Source: Thermoplasmata archaeon (lineage in GTDB: Archaea > Thermoplasmatota > Thermoplasmata > Lutacidiplasmatales > UBA184). Taken from it: a stretch of DNA of 64,000 nucleotides. The DNA lies in assembly GCA_030037735.1 (NCBI GenBank), contig JASHQC010000056.1:1707-65706 (forward strand), written 5' to 3'. Both the position numbers and the translations under genes were made by a program. How positions within the stretch are numbered: the stretch's first letter is position 1; each line of letters begins with the position of its first letter. Under the pieces are notes generated by a model that was not told where the DNA came from, did no database searches, and saw only the letters and a list, made by a program, of their open reading frames with translations. This document shows, piece after piece, positions 10,537 through 19,401 of the stretch.

Positions 10537-11416
10537 CGCGTCGAACTCTCCCCCCTTCGTCTCTATCGTGATCACCGTTCGCAACGAAGCGCCGCACCTC
10601 CCCGACCTTTTCGATAGCCTGCTTCGGCAGGAACCCCCGTTCGAGATCGTTCTCGTCGACGCCCTCTCCCGCGATGGAACGCGGGCCGTCGCCGGCCGAT
10701 ATGCGCGGAACCATCCCGGAGTCGTTCGTTTCTTTGAACACTCGGGTTCCCGGGGCATTGGGCGGAACGAGGGCGTCCGCCAGTCGAAGGCCGGCCTGAT
10801 CGCCTTCATCGACGGTGACTGCATCGCCGATTCCGACTGGCTCGCCCAGCTGCGCAACGGGCTGACAGAGTCGCCCGTGGCCGCCGGGCGAACGATCGTC
10901 GTCGGCCGCCCCGCGTATGCCAACCTCGAACGGGTAGAGTTGTATCAGGGAGGCAGCGACGTCACGTTCCCCTCGTGCAACCTGGCCTACCGCCGGGCCC
11001 TGTTCCTGCAACTCGGAGGGTTCGACCCTCGCTTCATCACCGCCGAGGACATCGACCTCAATCTGCGCGCCGTGCACGCGGGAGCCCAGATCCGGTACGT
11101 CCCCGATGCCATGGTCTACCACCGGGTTCGTTCCACGTTGGTCCGGTTCCTCTACCAGGCGTTCTGGAACGGTTACGGCCGCAAACAGCTCACCGAGAAA
11201 CACGGGCTCCTCTGGGGGAAGTACCGGTATCGCCGGCTGCTTCAGGGACAGCGCAGCGTGCTCGCCTGGGCCCGGCTCGTCGCTGCCCTGACCGGATATT
11301 TCACGCGCGTCGTGACCGGCGGCGGCCGACGGTTGACGGGACCTGCACCTGCAACGATGAGTTTCTCCGCCGGGGGGACGGCCCCCGGGGACTCGGCGTC
11401 CCGTGAGTCGTCCTAG
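10526..11416 (+). CDS. Family 2 glycosyltransferase
   Basis: VSIVITVRNE, VLVDALSRDGT, FIDGD (DxD), GGFD...ED.DL. Start uncertain. Confidence 0.92.
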   Translation: MGSSASNSPPFVSIVITVRNEAPHLPDLFDSLLRQEPPFEIVLVDALSRDGTRAVAGRYARNHPGVVRFFEHSGSRGIGRNEGVRQSKAGLIAFIDGDCIADSDWLAQLRNGLTESPVAAGRTIVVGRPAYANLERVELYQGGSDVTFPSCNLAYRRALFLQLGGFDPRFITAEDIDLNLRAVHAGAQIRYVPDAMVYHRVRSTLVRFLYQAFWNGYGRKQLTEKHGLLWGKYRYRRLLQGQRSVLAWARLVAALTGYFTRVVTGGGRRLTGPAPATMSFSAGGTAPGDSASRESS

Positions 11417-11724
11417 CGCTCGGACTTCCAGGCTTGGTGAACGTCCTTCTCGATCTCCTCCCGCAGGGTCGAGAGCTGCTCCCAGCGGTCGAGCGTGTCA
11501 ATCGACTCCTTGAGGGCGCGCAAGCAATCGATGCAGACCCAACGAGCGCCGACGCGCTTGAGTGGCTTCTGCCGGTAGTAGATCTTGTCGCACAGGAAGC
11601 AGACCCGCATTTCCTGGGTCTGTTGTTCGACGTAGCTCTCGAACCGTTTCCCTTCGGCGAGGTTCCGGAGGAGCCGCTTGCCCGACGGGCTACGCTGCGT
11701 CAACGGGGCGGTGGAGTCGCCCAC
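11413..11724 (-). CDS. Small hypothetical Zn-finger protein with a C-terminal helix
   Basis: CFLC...CIDC pair; co-oriented downstream of the roadblock gene. Confidence 0.75.
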   Translation of the reverse strand: MGDSTAPLTQRSPSGKRLLRNLAEGKRFESYVEQQTQEMRVCFLCDKIYYRQKPLKRVGARWVCIDCLRALKESIDTLDRWEQLSTLREEIEKDVHQAWKSER

Positions 11725-11756
11725 GGAACCCCTAACAACGACTGGGTCGGCGCGCG

Positions 11757-12116
11757 CTAGCCCGTCTTCACGAGCTCAGCGACCTTCGTGACCTCAGCGA
11801 GCACCTTCGTAGTGTCCACGCTCTGGTCGACGACGGCCACTAGGAGCGCCTTCTTGCCGCTGCCGACGATGATCGTCTTCGAGTCGTTCCCCTCGATTAC
11901 GATTTTCTCGGGGGGAGACCGGTTGAGTTCCGTGTTGGCGGTCGCCGCGGCACCGAGGATCGTGGCGCACATGATCGCGAAGGTCTCCGTGTAAACGCCC
12001 GCGGGCACGTCAGCGTAGAGCACCAGGCCATCCCGAGAGACGAGCGCGGTGGCGAGGGCGCCGATACGTGTCTTCAGGTCTCGGATGACCGCGCCCACAT
12101 TTCCTGTTGCCATCAT
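11757..12116 (-). CDS. Roadblock/LC7 (MglB-like) domain protein
   Basis: ATALVSRDGLVLYA...ETFAIMCATILGAAATANTEL...KIVIEG...LLVAV pattern. Confidence 0.9.
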   Translation of the reverse strand: MMATGNVGAVIRDLKTRIGALATALVSRDGLVLYADVPAGVYTETFAIMCATILGAAATANTELNRSPPEKIVIEGNDSKTIIVGSGKKALLVAVVDQSVDTTKVLAEVTKVAELVKTG

Positions 12117-12131
12117 GCTCCCCGGATTCCC

Positions 12132-12536
12132 CTACATTTCTTCGATACGAAAACGGCACTCGGGTTGATTCTGACTCGCGCAGACCTCTTCGGTACATTT
12201 AACGCGGGTGCCCTTAAAACGTTCGTACAACTCGCGGAGGATTCCCCGGAGCCGGTGGCAGGTCGGGATATCGCTATCAGGAACGACCTCGATGGACCCC
12301 TTGACCACGACGTCCTGGTCGCGGAAGGTTATCCCTTCAATCCACCCCCTCTCTTTCAATATTTCGGCCGCCCGGTCGTGAAAGTGCGCCCGGTCCTTGA
12401 GCGCCTCCTCGGCCATGTCGGAGCCGATGACCGAGCCCTCCTTGAAGAACAGGCCGTGGCACGCGTGGGACATGACCCCCTCGTAGAGGTCATTGACCTT
12501 GTGCAACTCGCCCTGGTTCAGTTTCACGAAGCGCAT
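12132..12536 (-). CDS. Stand-alone V4R domain protein
   Basis: GW...CHRLRGIL...CTEEVCASQNQPECRF V4R Cys/Glu motif; start at ATG 12536. Confidence 0.85.
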   Translation of the reverse strand: MRFVKLNQGELHKVNDLYEGVMSHACHGLFFKEGSVIGSDMAEEALKDRAHFHDRAAEILKERGWIEGITFRDQDVVVKGSIEVVPDSDIPTCHRLRGILRELYERFKGTRVKCTEEVCASQNQPECRFRIEEM

Positions 12537-12617
12537 GGCGACGGCGCCGCACCCCATCGGACCCTATAAAGTCCTTTTGCCGGCCGACAAGGGACGCGGA
12601 AACTCGACCCGCGTGGC

Positions 12618-13382
12618 CTACGACGAGTCGGGTCCCGGCGACTCGGGCGCCGGTTCGGGAGCAGTGCCAGAGGACGGCTCCGCCGGTGGGAACAGGCGGT
12701 GTGGTAGCTCCAACAGGGAGGGAATTCGAGTGGCCTCGACCCGAGACCACCAATCGAGGCGGTCCACCAGAACGCCTTGAAGCCCCGCGCGCCCCGCGGC
12801 GCGCACGTCGCTCCAGAATAGATCGCCCACGAAGGCGGCCTCTTCGGGGGCGACGGCGAGCCCGTGGCAGGCCCCTTTAAACGCCTCCGCCGCCGGAGTT
12901 CGCGGTTCTTCCGGGGCCTCGCCGAAGACCTGCGGAAGCATCGCGAGCATGTGGAGTTGAGTGATTAACTCCCGGGCACGCGAACCGGTGTGGCCCACTA
13001 GGACGGCCATCTTCAGCCCCCGAGAATGGAGCGATTCCAGGCAAGGCCGAACGTCGGCGAACGGCTCGATCGGCCCCGGGTACTTGGGGAACCGGGCGAG
13101 GACCGCCTCAGTTTCCATTTCGGGCAGGGACCGTCCCGCGATGGCGAAGAGCATGTCCCTTAGCGTATCGTGATATGCGGCGGCATCCGCGGGCGGGGCG
13201 TCGCCCACCAGCCCTTGCCACCGGCGTCGATCCCACCGGCGCAGGCCCTCGCGGATCGAGGCCCGTACGTGCCGCTCGTTGAGCCGGGGCCCCTGCGGCT
13301 TCCAGGCCCATTGCCATCGCTCGTAGGTGTGCATGGGGATCAACGTGTCGTCGAAATCCCACAGCACAGCGCGGAGGGCCAT
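12618..13382 (-). CDS. HAD-superfamily hydrolase
   Basis: WDFDDTL motif I; FVGDLFWSDVRAA motif IV. Confidence 0.9.
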   Translation of the reverse strand: MALRAVLWDFDDTLIPMHTYERWQWAWKPQGPRLNERHVRASIREGLRRWDRRRWQGLVGDAPPADAAAYHDTLRDMLFAIAGRSLPEMETEAVLARFPKYPGPIEPFADVRPCLESLHSRGLKMAVLVGHTGSRARELITQLHMLAMLPQVFGEAPEEPRTPAAEAFKGACHGLAVAPEEAAFVGDLFWSDVRAAGRAGLQGVLVDRLDWWSRVEATRIPSLLELPHRLFPPAEPSSGTAPEPAPESPGPDSS

Positions 13383-13407
13383 GCCTCAGGATACGGCGAA
13401 CCGGGTC

Positions 13408-14277
13408 TTATCGGTGCCCGGACTTTTGGAGATGGAGCAAATCCTCGGTCGAGACCTTCTCGCCTTTCTTGAGCCGGGCCAAAAAGTCCTCTTCCTTCGC
13501 CGGCTCCTGCGCTTCGGTGGGAGCGCCGCCCGGGCCGCGTCCCCCTCGCGCCGCGTGGAGCATCTTCTCGATGTCCCGGACCTCCTCGATGGCGCCGATG
13601 TGGGCCCGGTGCTCTTCGTCGGCCTGGGCCTTCACCTCGAGCAGCTTCGCCTGTACCTCGTCAGCCTGCCGCCGGAGCTCGTCGACCTGCTCGTAGAGCG
13701 AGACCATCGCTTCGTGCTCTCGCTGCGCCGATTCGGCGAGCTGACCCACCAGCGCGTGGTTCTCCTCGGCAAGCCTCTTCGCCTCGCCGACCTCCGCCAG
13801 CACGTTGCTGATCTCCGGGTCCTGGCGGAACTGATCGTCCTGTTCCCGGATCTGCTGCTCGATCCGTTTCATCTCCCCGATGAGCCGCTTCTCCTGCTCA
13901 TCCGTCAGGGCGCTGGTCATGTGACGGAATTCGAGCTCCTTGAGGTCCTTGCGGAGCTTCCAGGTGGGCACCGCTCCCGGCCGGGGTCCCCGAGTACGCT
14001 TGAGCTCCTGGGCCCGGTCGGAGACCTCCTGGAGCTTTCGGTTCCACTCGTCGCGGAGGCGCTTCGTCTCCTTGACCTGTTCGTTGAACTCATCTCGCTG
14101 CCGACGGTGCGCCTGGGCCTCACCGCTCTTGGCCCTCAGCTCGTCGATGACCTGCGCCCGCTTCTCGGCCCAGCTCCGGGCCTCCGCGTTGAGCTTGTCG
14201 CGAATCGCCCGATGCTCGTCCGCTCGCGCGTTCGACTCGGCCCGTTTTCGTTCCAGCTCTTCGATGGCGTCGGCCAA
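13408..14277 (-). CDS. Conserved archaeal coiled-coil protein (COG1340-like)
   Basis: Long heptad coiled coil with RDKLN/RDEFN/RDEWN repeats and C-terminal LKKGEKVSTEDLL. Confidence 0.85.
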   Translation of the reverse strand: MADAIEELERKRAESNARADEHRAIRDKLNAEARSWAEKRAQVIDELRAKSGEAQAHRRQRDEFNEQVKETKRLRDEWNRKLQEVSDRAQELKRTRGPRPGAVPTWKLRKDLKELEFRHMTSALTDEQEKRLIGEMKRIEQQIREQDDQFRQDPEISNVLAEVGEAKRLAEENHALVGQLAESAQREHEAMVSLYEQVDELRRQADEVQAKLLEVKAQADEEHRAHIGAIEEVRDIEKMLHAARGGRGPGGAPTEAQEPAKEEDFLARLKKGEKVSTEDLLHLQKSGHR

Positions 14278-14430
14278 GGGTCACCGCCCGGGATCGAGAA
14301 GTACCACCGGGATGGTGTTCGACAGGGGAGGCCGATTTAAGGTCTTCCCCGGGAGCGACGGCGAGCGCCGGACCCGGGGCCGTCCGACCGCTTCGCGGGT
14401 GACCGGCCCTTCCTGTCCCGCGGCAAGCTA

Positions 14431-15906
14431 ATGAGCGGTCCTAACGCTCGAATCCTCGTGGACGAGGTCGGCCGCATCTTCGGAGACGTTGGGCTGGGCC
14501 AGTTCCAGCTCAGCCTGAACCGCCCCATCGAGCGGGGGGATTACCTCGCGGTGGAGGACGAGCTGCACGGCCTTGTGCTCTGCCAGCTCGACAACCTACG
14601 TCGCAAGAGCGACCTCGACCTGGACCGCGCCGACGCGCTGGTGCATGGAGCGGACACCCCCATCCACGAGAACCTGATTGGGATCGTTCAAATCATCGGA
14701 TACCGGGACGCCGGTGGGCCAGTGAAGGTGCCCACGATCCCGTTCCGGCCCGGGGCGAAGGTCTACCGGGCCGAGGAGGGGCTCATCGCTGACGTCTTGG
14801 GACTGAAGAAGCACCCGAACTCGGGCGCCTACGTAGGGCTCCTCCGAGGGCACTCGCTCCGTGTCGAACTCGACATCAATGCACTCTTCCAGCGCCACGT
14901 GTCGGTCCTGGCTAAGACCGGTGGAGGGAAGAGCTACCTTCTCGGGGTGATCGTCGAGGAGCTTCTCCGGCACAAGGTCACCTGTGTCATCATCGACCCG
15001 CACGGCGAGTACGGCTCTCTCCGCTACCCGAGCGACAAGAACGGGCACAGCGACCGGTTCCGCGTCGACGCCCAGGGCTTCGCGAGCCGAATTCTGGAAT
15101 TCTCGCCGGACGTGTCACTGAACAAAGAAGCGAGACCGCTCACCTTCTCGCTGCGCCACCTCGACCCGCGCGACCTGCTCGTGTTCATGGGTCTCACGAA
15201 CGTCAAGAATTTCCTGGGACCGCTCCGCAAGGTACTCGAAGAGGTGCAGTCAGGGAACCCGGACTACACCGTCAAGGATCTGATCCGGGCCGCCGAGCAC
15301 GGGGAGGGGGCGGTCCTCGAGACGCTCCACGAGCGGCTCGAGTACGTGGACCAGACGAGGCTCCTCGCGCCCCAAGGCACCAGTCTCTCCGAGCTCGTGC
15401 AGGAAGGCAAGGCCAGTCTCGTGAACCTCCGGGGCGTGGCGCCCGACGTACAGGAGCTCGTCGTGGCGCGCATCGCCACGACGCTGTTCGAGAGCCGGAA
15501 GAAGGGGAAGATTCCACCCCTCTTCCTCGTCATCGAAGAGGCCCACAACTTCGCACCCCAGCAGGGGACGGCGAGCTGCTCGCGCGTGCTCAAGAACATC
15601 GCGAGCGAGGGCCGGAAGTTCGGCCTCGGGCTCTGCGTCGTCACACAACGGGCCGCGCGAATCGACAAGAGCGTCCTCTCCCAGTGCAATACACAGCTGA
15701 TCCTCCAAGTCACCAACCCGCTCGACCTCAAGGCCATCGCTCAGTCGATCGAAGGACTCACGCCGGGGATGACGGAGATGATTCAGGGACTCCCCGTCGG
15801 CACGGCGCTCGTGACGGGGGGTGGGTACCAAACCCCCCTCTTTTGCGAGGTCCGGCCGCGGGCAACGCGCCACGGCGGCGAGAGCCAGCGGATCGTTCCG
15901 AACTAG
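14431..15906 (+). CDS. HerA/FtsK-superfamily ATPase (DUF87) with N-terminal HAS-barrel
   Basis: HVSVLAKTGGGKS, IIDPHGEY, LVIEEAHNF, EGRKFG...TQR...SQCNT. Confidence 0.92.
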   Translation: MSGPNARILVDEVGRIFGDVGLGQFQLSLNRPIERGDYLAVEDELHGLVLCQLDNLRRKSDLDLDRADALVHGADTPIHENLIGIVQIIGYRDAGGPVKVPTIPFRPGAKVYRAEEGLIADVLGLKKHPNSGAYVGLLRGHSLRVELDINALFQRHVSVLAKTGGGKSYLLGVIVEELLRHKVTCVIIDPHGEYGSLRYPSDKNGHSDRFRVDAQGFASRILEFSPDVSLNKEARPLTFSLRHLDPRDLLVFMGLTNVKNFLGPLRKVLEEVQSGNPDYTVKDLIRAAEHGEGAVLETLHERLEYVDQTRLLAPQGTSLSELVQEGKASLVNLRGVAPDVQELVVARIATTLFESRKKGKIPPLFLVIEEAHNFAPQQGTASCSRVLKNIASEGRKFGLGLCVVTQRAARIDKSVLSQCNTQLILQVTNPLDLKAIAQSIEGLTPGMTEMIQGLPVGTALVTGGGYQTPLFCEVRPRATRHGGESQRIVPN

Positions 15907-15925
15907 ACCCAAACGGTCGGGAACC

Positions 15926-17449
15926 CTATCGCGGCGTGGTCATCAGGTACCGCGTCACGAGCCGCACCCCGAACGCGGTAGCGCCCTTGTTGAAGTAGGA
16001 CGGCGCATACCGGCTGATTGGCCCCTCGTTGTAGCCGGGCCCCGCGATGTCGAGGTGGGCCCAGGCCGTTCCCCCGACGAAGTTCTCCAGGAAGGCGGCC
16101 GCGGTCAACGCGCCCGCCTCGCGCATCTCCGTGGAGTTGCGGACGTCCCCGATCTCGCTTTTCACCATCTCGCGGTGAGTGTCCGTGACGGGCAACCGCC
16201 AGAGCTGCTCCCCTGTCTGATGGGAGGCATCGAGCAGCGCCTGCGCCAGACCGTCGTCGTTCGACATCAGGCCCGCGATGTCCGGGCCGAGCGCCACCAC
16301 GCACGCTCCGGTGAGCGTGGCCATGTCGATCACCTGGTCGGGATGGTAATGCTCCACGACGTAGCCGAGCGCGTCGGAGAGGACGACCCGCCCCTCCGCG
16401 TCCGTGTTGAGGACCTCGATCGTCTTGCCGCTGTGCGTCCGGAGGACGTCCCCCGGCCGGTAGGCGGTCGGTCCCGGCAAGTTCTCGGCGCAGGCCATGA
16501 CCCCAATCACGCGGGGAGGGACCTTGAGGGACGCCGCCGCCCGTACCACCCCGAGCACGGCGCACGCGCCCGACTTGTCATATTTCATCGCCGACATGCC
16601 CTGCGCCTGCTTGATGGAGATCCCGCCGGAGTCGAAGGTGATGCCCTTCCCGACCACGGCCACGGTCTTTCCGCTCCGAGCGCCGCCACCGTACTCCAGC
16701 ACGATCAAGCGTGGCGGGTGAGAGCTCCCGCTCCCCACCCCCAGGATGCCCCCGCAGTTCATCTCGGCGAGTTTCTTCTCGTCGAAGACCGTCACCTTGA
16801 CGTTGTACTCTTTCCCGAACGCGCGCGCTTGTTCCGCGAGCCACTCGGGCGTGGCCGTGTCGGCCGGAACGTTGGCCACGTCACGGGTCCAAAGCACCGT
16901 CTCGACCAGCATCTCCTCCTGCTCCATGGCCTTCCGCAGCGGCGCCTCCTCTCGGGCCGCTTCCTCGCCCAGGAAGATCGTGGCGTCCTCGACCTTCCCT
17001 TCGGACGTGGTCTTGTACCGTAGGAACTCGTATCCCCCGAGCGCCGCCCCGTCGACGAGGGCGCGGATGGCGGCCTCGGCGGGAATCCGGTCGCTCGAGA
17101 ACGAGGCGAGCTTGAATCCGAGCGTGCGGGCGCCACGGCCCTTCAGCGCGCGGACGGCCTCGGCGGAGGCGTTGCGAATGGTCTCCAGATCGACTTGGGT
17201 CCGGGCGCCGAGCCCCACGACGAGCAGCCGGCCCTTCCCATCGGGCCGGTGGAAGATGGTGACCTCCTTCCGCTTGCCCCGGATCTCGCGCCGCTCCCAG
17301 GCGGCCGAGAGCGCCTTGCCGAACGCCAGGTCCTCCTTCGAAAGGGCGCGCGGGAAGGCGTCCTCTTTCTCGGCGCGTTCCGGTATCCCGACGGCGATTG
17401 CGTCGACAGTTCCCTGAGTAGCTTCTCGGCGGTCCAGCGTGAATCGCAT
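15926..17449 (-). CDS. pepA: Leucyl aminopeptidase (M17)
   Basis: VGKGITFDSGG, MKYDKSG, NTDAEGRVVL, WAHLDIAG. Confidence 0.96.
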   Translation of the reverse strand: MRFTLDRREATQGTVDAIAVGIPERAEKEDAFPRALSKEDLAFGKALSAAWERREIRGKRKEVTIFHRPDGKGRLLVVGLGARTQVDLETIRNASAEAVRALKGRGARTLGFKLASFSSDRIPAEAAIRALVDGAALGGYEFLRYKTTSEGKVEDATIFLGEEAAREEAPLRKAMEQEEMLVETVLWTRDVANVPADTATPEWLAEQARAFGKEYNVKVTVFDEKKLAEMNCGGILGVGSGSSHPPRLIVLEYGGGARSGKTVAVVGKGITFDSGGISIKQAQGMSAMKYDKSGACAVLGVVRAAASLKVPPRVIGVMACAENLPGPTAYRPGDVLRTHSGKTIEVLNTDAEGRVVLSDALGYVVEHYHPDQVIDMATLTGACVVALGPDIAGLMSNDDGLAQALLDASHQTGEQLWRLPVTDTHREMVKSEIGDVRNSTEMREAGALTAAAFLENFVGGTAWAHLDIAGPGYNEGPISRYAPSYFNKGATAFGVRLVTRYLMTTPR

Positions 17450-17482
17450 CCTTATCCCCGTTCCGGGGATTCAAGGGTCGGA

Positions 17483-17863
17483 TTAGAACCCGGCCCGAAC
17501 CTTCTGGCGATCGATCCGAATCCCCGCGGGTGTGAGACAGATGAGGTTCTTAGCAATGCCGGCCACGTCGCCGCCGATGTCCTTGGCGACGCTCTTGAGG
17601 TCGGTGCTCATCCGTTTGAGGGTCATCTGGTCGTTTGATACCGACGTGTAGTCGATCAGGACGATGTCGCCCTGGTAGGCCAGCTTGGTGGCGTTGTGGA
17701 GGTCGTCGAAGCGGATGATCTCGGCCATGCGCACGGTTCCGCGCGCACCAGCGAGCCCCTCGGCCTCGTCCTCGAACTCCATCGAGCCCAGGTCCAGGAA
17801 GCTTCCCTCTTCGAGCGTCTCGTCTCCGTGATGCCGCCGCAGTAGCCCACTTCGCTTCATCAT
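17483..17863 (-). CDS. sepF: Cell division protein SepF (archaeal type)
   Basis: FLDLG...GDIVLID...GGDVAGI...LTPAGIRIDRQK. Confidence 0.85.
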   Translation of the reverse strand: MMKRSGLLRRHHGDETLEEGSFLDLGSMEFEDEAEGLAGARGTVRMAEIIRFDDLHNATKLAYQGDIVLIDYTSVSNDQMTLKRMSTDLKSVAKDIGGDVAGIAKNLICLTPAGIRIDRQKVRAGF

Positions 17864-17913
17864 GACCGGATTCCACCCCGTGTCGACAGGGCGCAAAAGG
17901 CGGGGTACCATTC

Positions 17914-19044
17914 TTAAGCGTGCCGCTCCACTTCTCGGCGGCGGGCCCGCGGTGCGACGTACCAGAGGTGCTCGCCGTCGATCACGAGGTCCGGAGTCCC
18001 CTCAATCTCTTGGGTCGGCTCCCCTCGGACGATGACCCAGTCGGCGGAGACCGGGTGTTCTCCCTCGAGGACGCCGTCGGGAGCGCGACGGACCGGTACC
18101 GGCTGTTTCTTCTCAGGACCACCGACCCAGCGGGCCTTCTCGAGCAGGGAGGCCGGCCAGATCTCAACGGCGCCGGTGGCCGCGGAGGCAAGCTCGAACC
18201 CGCCCCGGGACGACGGGCGCTCCAGCCGGTACAGCCGCCCCTTGTCCACGTAGTAATCGCCGCGGAGATGCTCGGGGAACCGCACGGCGAAGGTGACCCG
18301 GTACAGATCCTGACCGTCCTTCCGTCCGTAGAGAGTGGCCGACTCCTTCACCTCAGCGCCGAACCGTTCCTTGAACAGCCGAGCCACCCCTCGGGCGGCC
18401 AGCGTCTCGGTGAAGTAATGGTCCCAGCCCTCCGGCTTCATCTCCGTCCAAGAGTGGTGGCCCCGCCAATCCGCGCGGGCGGTAGGTATCGTGGTGTCCC
18501 AGATCTCCGCCAGTCGCTGCCGCAATTCCGGGGCCTTCCGGCGCGAGCCATTTTCCGGGCCCCGCAGCTGGATCAACGCCGTGTAATAATGCCCGGAACG
18601 CCGGCTGCAGTCCGGACAGGTTCGGTGAACGATCTTGGTCGTGAACTCGACCGGCACGACGCGCTCGAGGCCTCGAAATCGGAGATGAACGTCTCCGTGG
18701 ATGTTCTTCAGCATCGGGTTGGAGCCCGTCTCCTGCCACTCCACCCGTCGGATGGCCACCTGGTCGTCCGGAACGAGGAAGGGGACCAGGTCCTCGGACC
18801 CGAGGAGGGCCGATGCCCCGGCGCGCTCCCAGTGCTTGCCGACCTCTCGGGCGCCGCAGGAGGGGCATACGGTGACGCTAGCATGTGGCCGTGTGGACAC
18901 TAGCGTCCGCCGGGACGCCTCACACTCGGCGCAAACCCCGTCCGTCAGCGGGAGACCCGTCCGGCCGCACAGGACGCAGAACTCGCCCTCGGCGGGCCGG
19001 TCGTCGGCCCGCCCCTCAGGGGGTGAAGCTGACGATTTCGGCAT
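17914..19044 (-). CDS. nmd3: NMD3-family ribosome biogenesis protein
   Basis: CxxC zinc knuckles (FCVLCG, CAEC, CPSCG, CPDCSR), YYTALIQLRG, GRKDGQDLYRVTF. Confidence 0.9.
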   Translation of the reverse strand: MPKSSASPPEGRADDRPAEGEFCVLCGRTGLPLTDGVCAECEASRRTLVSTRPHASVTVCPSCGAREVGKHWERAGASALLGSEDLVPFLVPDDQVAIRRVEWQETGSNPMLKNIHGDVHLRFRGLERVVPVEFTTKIVHRTCPDCSRRSGHYYTALIQLRGPENGSRRKAPELRQRLAEIWDTTIPTARADWRGHHSWTEMKPEGWDHYFTETLAARGVARLFKERFGAEVKESATLYGRKDGQDLYRVTFAVRFPEHLRGDYYVDKGRLYRLERPSSRGGFELASAATGAVEIWPASLLEKARWVGGPEKKQPVPVRRAPDGVLEGEHPVSADWVIVRGEPTQEIEGTPDLVIDGEHLWYVAPRARRREVERHA

Positions 19045-19339
19045 GGGGAACGCCCCCGAGCGTGCCCGTGTGGTCCTCCGCGAGGAGTCCTTCCTCCTGG
19101 GCGATCTGGCAGACCAGGGCTCCGAGTAGATTCACGATCGTGCCGTGCTGGATCGCCCAGACGAGCTCCTCGCGGGCGACCTTCCGTTCCCCGTAGAACT
19201 GGGGAGAGACCTTGACCTTGGCCGAGCCCCGTCCCAGCGGAAGCTCGCGACCGAGAAGCTCGGCGTCGCAGGCCGCGACGACCACCTCCCGTCGGACACG
19301 GTGGACCCGCATGACCACCTCTACGCCTCCGTTGACCAT
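19016..19339 (-). CDS. DUF424 family protein
   Basis: VVVAACDAELLG...FYG...IVNLLG...GVPHAEIV; usual neighbour of nmd3. Confidence 0.88.
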   Translation of the reverse strand: MVNGGVEVVMRVHRVRREVVVAACDAELLGRELPLGRGSAKVKVSPQFYGERKVAREELVWAIQHGTIVNLLGALVCQIAQEEGLLAEDHTGTLGGVPHAEIVSFTP

Positions 19340-19401
19340 GGCCCGAACAAGAAGGGAACCGGCGCCCGAGCTTATACCGACTTCCAAACCGAGAGGTAGG
19401 C

